Below are positions 55,425 to 59,573 of a stretch of DNA of 59,573 nucleotides, one piece after another; positions within the stretch are counted from its first letter, which is position 1, and the number at the start of each line of letters is the position of its first letter. The notes beneath the pieces are model-generated. The model ran no database searches and had not been told where the DNA came from. It was given only the letters and a program-made list of their open reading frames with translations. Source of the DNA: a virus (taxonomy: Duplodnaviria > Caudoviricetes). The stretch covers positions 1 through 59,573 of IMG/VR virus record IMGVR_UViG_3300033141_001990; one strand, written 5' to 3'. Position numbers and translations under genes: made by a program.

Positions 55425-57580
55425 TCAGGCTCGGCCTCGGCACGTCTGCGGTATTTGCGGGCTCCTCCGTTCCTATCGCCCCCTACGTGGAGACGCGAAG
55501 CGTAGTCACGGACGGCATTGACGATTACCTGGACGTGGGGACACCCGCGGCCCTATCAGGCGTAGACCAACATTTTACCGCTTCTTGCTGGTTCAAGACG
55601 GAGGTCAATAGTCCTTGTGACCTATTCAGCAAGTGGGAGGGTCTCGGGAATCGCGACTGGGTGATCTACATGACGGGCGGAGTCGTCTACGCCTACATGA
55701 ATACGAGTACGGGGCCAGTCGGAGCAGCAAGCGCTGCGCCATATAACGACAATGCGTGGCACCTGGCCACGATTAGCTGGAACGGGGTGTCCCTCGCCGT
55801 GGACATCGACGGAGGGCTGGAGAGAGTAACATCTGCCGCAGCCGACCGTCTTGGAACAGCGGGGAGCAGCGTCTTCTTGTCCGCTCGCGACGATGGTGCA
55901 GGCGGAGCACTAAGTTTTTACTTCGGCAACCTAGATGAGATTTCGTTCTTCGACGCGGCACTAACCGCCGGGCAGTGTACGGAGCTTTACAACGCTGGCG
56001 TGCCTATGGACCTGTCTGGCCATACCGCATTTGCAGACCTAGTGAGCTGGTGGAGAGCCGGAGACTACCCAGGCGACTCGACCGACAGCTTAGACCCTTC
56101 CTCTCGCATCTACGACGCCAAGGGCAGCAACGATGCTACTCCGGTCAACATGGACATAGGGGATGTCGTATACGATGTTCCCCCCACATTCAACAGGCTG
56201 TCCCTCCTCACCGATGGCGTGGACGAGTACGCGGAGCTTGCCGGTGGGTCAGTAACTGGCTGTGACCCAGACTGGAACGAGCCCTGGTCGGTGTCTGCGT
56301 GGCTTAAGACAACAGACCATGACATACCGGCTGCTGGTGCTGGCTATATTGCCTCCAAGATAATCGGTGCCCCGTCATACACCGGGTGGGCAGTCGGCGT
56401 GTATGCCGGCAATCCGTTCTGCTTCTTCTCTCATGGGGTAAACTTTGGGCTCTACGCTCAGTCGTATGTTGACCAGTTTATTGTAACTGGAGCTTGGAAA
56501 CATGTCGTCTGGACATACGACGGCTCCGTCAATGGCTTTGGAACCAAGACTGGTGCTGGTGCTCCTCTTAGGATTGGTGGAGCTAGTTACGGTGGATATT
56601 TCAACGGATCATTCGACGAAGTGAGCATCTGGAGTAAGGAGCTGTCCGGCGCTGACGTAAGCACGATCTACAATAACGGCACTCCTAAGTCGCTGACGGG
56701 TCTGACGGACCTGGACGCTTGGTATCGCTGCGGCGAAGCGCCCGGAGACTCTGCCACTGGTACGATATTCGACCTGAGTGGCAACTCAAACGACCTCGCT
56801 GCTACTAACATGGAGGTAGCCGACATTCAGACTGTAACGCCGCGACCGTTCTGGAATTTGCTCTCTCTGGGGTTCGACGGGGTAGACGAGCGGCTCTATA
56901 GCTCACCAGCTGGTAACTGCCCAATTTATGATCGGAACGATACGTTCAGCGTTAGCCTGTGGATGAAGTCATCTGCCGCGAGCTTCGTCTGCCTTATCGG
57001 AAAGCAGATTGGATCGGGGAACTATCGAGGCTGGGGCATCTTCCAGAACCCAACTGTAGCTGGTGAGTTCTACGTCGCGATGTTCAACACGTTAGGGTCT
57101 AACCAGCAAGCCGTGCGAACCACGGGCGGCGGGTGGGCCGATGGTGCATGGCACCATGTCTGCGTGACCTACGACGGATCGAGTGCGGCAGCGGGAATTT
57201 TAATCTACGTGGACGGAGTTAGCGAGCCTCTGGGCATTGATAGCGATACGTTGACCGGCACTATCGCGAATAGCACAGCGATGAGTATCGGGTCGCGTGG
57301 CCTAGTCAACGCTTTTTACAACGGGCGCATAGATGAGGTGAGCCTTTACAAGGCTACTCTTAGCGCAGCCAACGTAACTGAGATTTACAACAATGGTATG
57401 CCGCGAGACGTTAAAACTCTTACCACGGCCGGCGATTTGGACGCTTACTATCGGTGCGGAGACGACACCTTCGACGCCAAGGCCTCGGGCCAGCCTACCG
57501 TCTTCGACAAGACGGCTAACAACTACCACCTTTGGCAGGCCAATATGGAGCAAGCCGACTTTGCGGAGGACACCCCATGA
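55421..57580 (+). CDS. Receptor-binding protein with three LamG/concanavalin-like domains
   Basis: 3 x DG.D.Y...F/WSVS.W.K...WHH....DG...G..DEVS...YN.G.P; GGAGGAG RBS before GTG 55421. Confidence 0.88.
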   Translation: MIRLGLGTSAVFAGSSVPIAPYVETRSVVTDGIDDYLDVGTPAALSGVDQHFTASCWFKTEVNSPCDLFSKWEGLGNRDWVIYMTGGVVYAYMNTSTGPVGAASAAPYNDNAWHLATISWNGVSLAVDIDGGLERVTSAAADRLGTAGSSVFLSARDDGAGGALSFYFGNLDEISFFDAALTAGQCTELYNAGVPMDLSGHTAFADLVSWWRAGDYPGDSTDSLDPSSRIYDAKGSNDATPVNMDIGDVVYDVPPTFNRLSLLTDGVDEYAELAGGSVTGCDPDWNEPWSVSAWLKTTDHDIPAAGAGYIASKIIGAPSYTGWAVGVYAGNPFCFFSHGVNFGLYAQSYVDQFIVTGAWKHVVWTYDGSVNGFGTKTGAGAPLRIGGASYGGYFNGSFDEVSIWSKELSGADVSTIYNNGTPKSLTGLTDLDAWYRCGEAPGDSATGTIFDLSGNSNDLAATNMEVADIQTVTPRPFWNLLSLGFDGVDERLYSSPAGNCPIYDRNDTFSVSLWMKSSAASFVCLIGKQIGSGNYRGWGIFQNPTVAGEFYVAMFNTLGSNQQAVRTTGGGWADGAWHHVCVTYDGSSAAAGILIYVDGVSEPLGIDSDTLTGTIANSTAMSIGSRGLVNAFYNGRIDEVSLYKATLSAANVTEIYNNGMPRDVKTLTTAGDLDAYYRCGDDTFDAKASGQPTVFDKTANNYHLWQANMEQADFAEDTP

Positions 57581-57816
57581 TTAAGACATATTGTATCGTT
57601 GCAAACCCGCCTACGTCCGAGCAGATCGCAGCCGCGATTGAGTCTCCGGATACTGTGCGCAAAAGCGTGGACGGCACGGAGTGCGTACTCAAGTGGAAAG
57701 GGCCCACTCCTGCTCCGTTCCAGGGGAAAACGACCTACACTCACGTTCAGATCCTTCCGATCATGCACTCGGTCGAGTGGACTGTGCCGATGCCTCACGA
57801 CGACGGAGATGACTGA
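57577..57816 (+). CDS. Small protein following the LamG gene
   Basis: TVRKSVDGT..VLKW.G.TP......YTH..IL....EW. Confidence 0.65.
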   Translation: MIKTYCIVANPPTSEQIAAAIESPDTVRKSVDGTECVLKWKGPTPAPFQGKTTYTHVQILPIMHSVEWTVPMPHDDGDD

Positions 57817-59573
57817 TGCCAAGCGCTCTCTTTCAAATCGACCCAGGAACAGCTGTCTATGGAGCCATCGGAGTCGCTCAAGACGCGGCTGGCGGCGTAG
57901 TAGTAAATTGCAGGATGGTCTCTACCTCCGGGGTTAACCCTGGCCTCCTAACGTGGACTATTTTTGGAACCGATGGTCGTCCAGCTCCAGCGATGGTGCT
58001 TAGCGGTGCCCCTACCGGCGAGATTATGTCCTTCACTACCGACGCGGAGGCGGGGCAGGCATACGGTATCCAGTTAGAGGTAAACGGGGGCGTAGAAATC
58101 ACCGGAGACTCTGGAACCACCGTTAAAAGCGCACTGTTTGTACTAGATGACTCGTTTCAGAGACCGTTCTTCGTAGGGGAGACCTTCGAGTCCGATCCTA
58201 CATACGGGATTATTCCTAGACTGAACTTCATCCAGTCGGCAATAGCGCTAGATTACAAGGAGTCGGTTACAGCAGCTTCGGCTGCGGCCCTTCCCGCAAA
58301 TACAAGAACAGATAATACCCTAACCGCTAGTGCCAATGGTGCTCTTACTGTTGACGGGATAGTTGTCGCAGTGGGTAACCGTATCCTCGTAAAGGACGAG
58401 GCGGCTGGGCAAAACAACGGTATTTTTGTCGCAGATGACATAGGAAGCGCAGGAACACCGTGGATACTTACGCGAGCAAAAGGATCAGACGAGAGCTACG
58501 AGCTTCAGACTGGAGCGACAACGTATGCCGAAGAGGGGGCATCTAACGCAGAGAAGGTATACCGGCTTATTACACCTCCGCCGATTACCATTAACACTAC
58601 CCCTCTAGTATTCGCAGTGTCGATGGCATCCGGAGCATCCGGGCCAGCCGCAGGGGACTTAAGCGGAACATACCCGAACCCAGAAGTGGCGGCGATCCAC
58701 GAAACATCTGGGCCCACCAAGCTTACTGTCGGAGCGATTGCCGACACCGAATTTCTCGTTAGGTCTGGCGCTACCATCGTAAGCCAGGCAGGCGGAGGAC
58801 CACCCACGGGAGCCGCCTCGGGCGATCTAAGCGGAACGTATCCGGGCCCGGAAGTAAGCGCCATCACGGACGGCACCGCAACTCAGCTTACGCTTGGAAC
58901 GATTGCGGACGGCGAGCACTTAGTCAGAAACGGGTTGTTTATCGAGAGCGATCCGGGTGGTGGTCCTCCCTCTGGAGCCGCTTCGGGGGACCTGAGTGGA
59001 ACGTACCCATCACCGGCAGTAAGTGCGCTAACGACTACGACTGGACCTACCTCTCTTGTAGCGGGAGCTATTGCAGACGGAGAGTTCCTTAAGCGGGTAG
59101 GCGCGACACTTGTCGGAGCGTCCGCGGGCGGCACAATTCCCACCGGCAACATCCTCTACGTTGACGCCGTCAACGGCAACAACGGGACTGCTGTTAGCGG
59201 GCGGCTGGATCTCCCATATCTCACCATCGTCACGGCGCTCTCCGCAGCAGTACCTGGCGATGCCGTACACGTCTATCCCGGAACTTATCCAGAAGACGTC
59301 AACGTCACCACAGGTATCTCCTTGATCGGAATCGGCGGACCTGAGCGGGTGCTTATAACAGGCTCGGGCGTAGGCTCTGACGTCGTGCTCCTCGACGACG
59401 GTTGCTATGTTCACAGCATCGGAGTGGTGGTCCCTGTCGGGTTTGCCGGCTTCGCCTATGGTGGCGCGGGGCTTTGCTATCTCTACAACGCGATGGTGAC
59501 CGGGAGCGACTTGACCAGCGTTGGTTTTCATCACAGCGGCACGGGCAAGATTATCATCACCGAGTTCCGCTAT
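57816..59573 (+). CDS. Tail fibre/spike, truncated by the window end (not in the ORF track)
   Basis: Open from ATG 57816 (MPSALFQIDPG); DYKESV..A...DG......RILVKDE....NNGIF domain, 3 x GDLSGTYP repeats, then LYVDAVNG..PY.TI..A....PGD.V.V.PGTY beta-helix start. Confidence 0.85.
   Translation, partial: MPSALFQIDPGTAVYGAIGVAQDAAGGVVVNCRMVSTSGVNPGLLTWTIFGTDGRPAPAMVLSGAPTGEIMSFTTDAEAGQAYGIQLEVNGGVEITGDSGTTVKSALFVLDDSFQRPFFVGETFESDPTYGIIPRLNFIQSAIALDYKESVTAASAAALPANTRTDNTLTASANGALTVDGIVVAVGNRILVKDEAAGQNNGIFVADDIGSAGTPWILTRAKGSDESYELQTGATTYAEEGASNAEKVYRLITPPPITINTTPLVFAVSMASGASGPAAGDLSGTYPNPEVAAIHETSGPTKLTVGAIADTEFLVRSGATIVSQAGGGPPTGAASGDLSGTYPGPEVSAITDGTATQLTLGTIADGEHLVRNGLFIESDPGGGPPSGAASGDLSGTYPSPAVSALTTTTGPTSLVAGAIADGEFLKRVGATLVGASAGGTIPTGNILYVDAVNGNNGTAVSGRLDLPYLTIVTALSAAVPGDAVHVYPGTYPEDVNVTTGISLIGIGGPERVLITGSGVGSDVVLLDDGCYVHSIGVVVPVGFAGFAYGGAGLCYLYNAMVTGSDLTSVGFHHSGTGKIIITEFRY

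Noticed and set aside
53512-59573. Diversity-generating retroelement or invertible fibre cassette
   Set aside because: No reverse transcriptase, invertase or TR/VR pair with adenine-specific differences seen
1-59573. Stop-codon reassignment
   Set aside because: Core genes are intact under the standard code and end in TAG, TGA and TAA

Overview
Near-complete, circularly permuted genome of a tailed dsDNA phage with a contractile, Mu-like tail and baseplate (myovirus). Layout: lysis cassette (1-3.6 kb, +); a long minus-strand early/middle region (3.8-21.4 kb: nin-like nucleases, Dam-family MTase, DnaB, initiator, XRE regulator, SSB, PD-(D/E)XK nuclease, ERF recombinase, DUF932-like protein, many small orphans); a compositionally distinct, repeat-rich and GATC-rich island (21.4-25.9 kb) with two sigma70-like promoters and a 490-aa orphan; then the plus-strand late region (26-59.6 kb: regulators, terminase, portal, capsid, neck, sheath, tube, tape measure, baseplate, several fibre/receptor-binding proteins, the last one truncated by the window end). 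No integrase, RNA polymerase, complete sigma factor, tRNA, CRISPR array or reverse transcriptase was seen. The most notable undescribed signals are: a 7-copy bipartite motif (sense GCGGCCGWTAGGA-N9-ACTCAAATTGA) that suggests a phage-specific promoter class and a three-tier transcription cascade; the GATC-dense island; an inverted tail-chaperone -1 frameshift; a three-repeat Pro-rich protein at the spike-tip gene position; and a late 3' UTR that is antisense to early-gene leaders. All family assignments come from motif recognition by eye, not from database searches.
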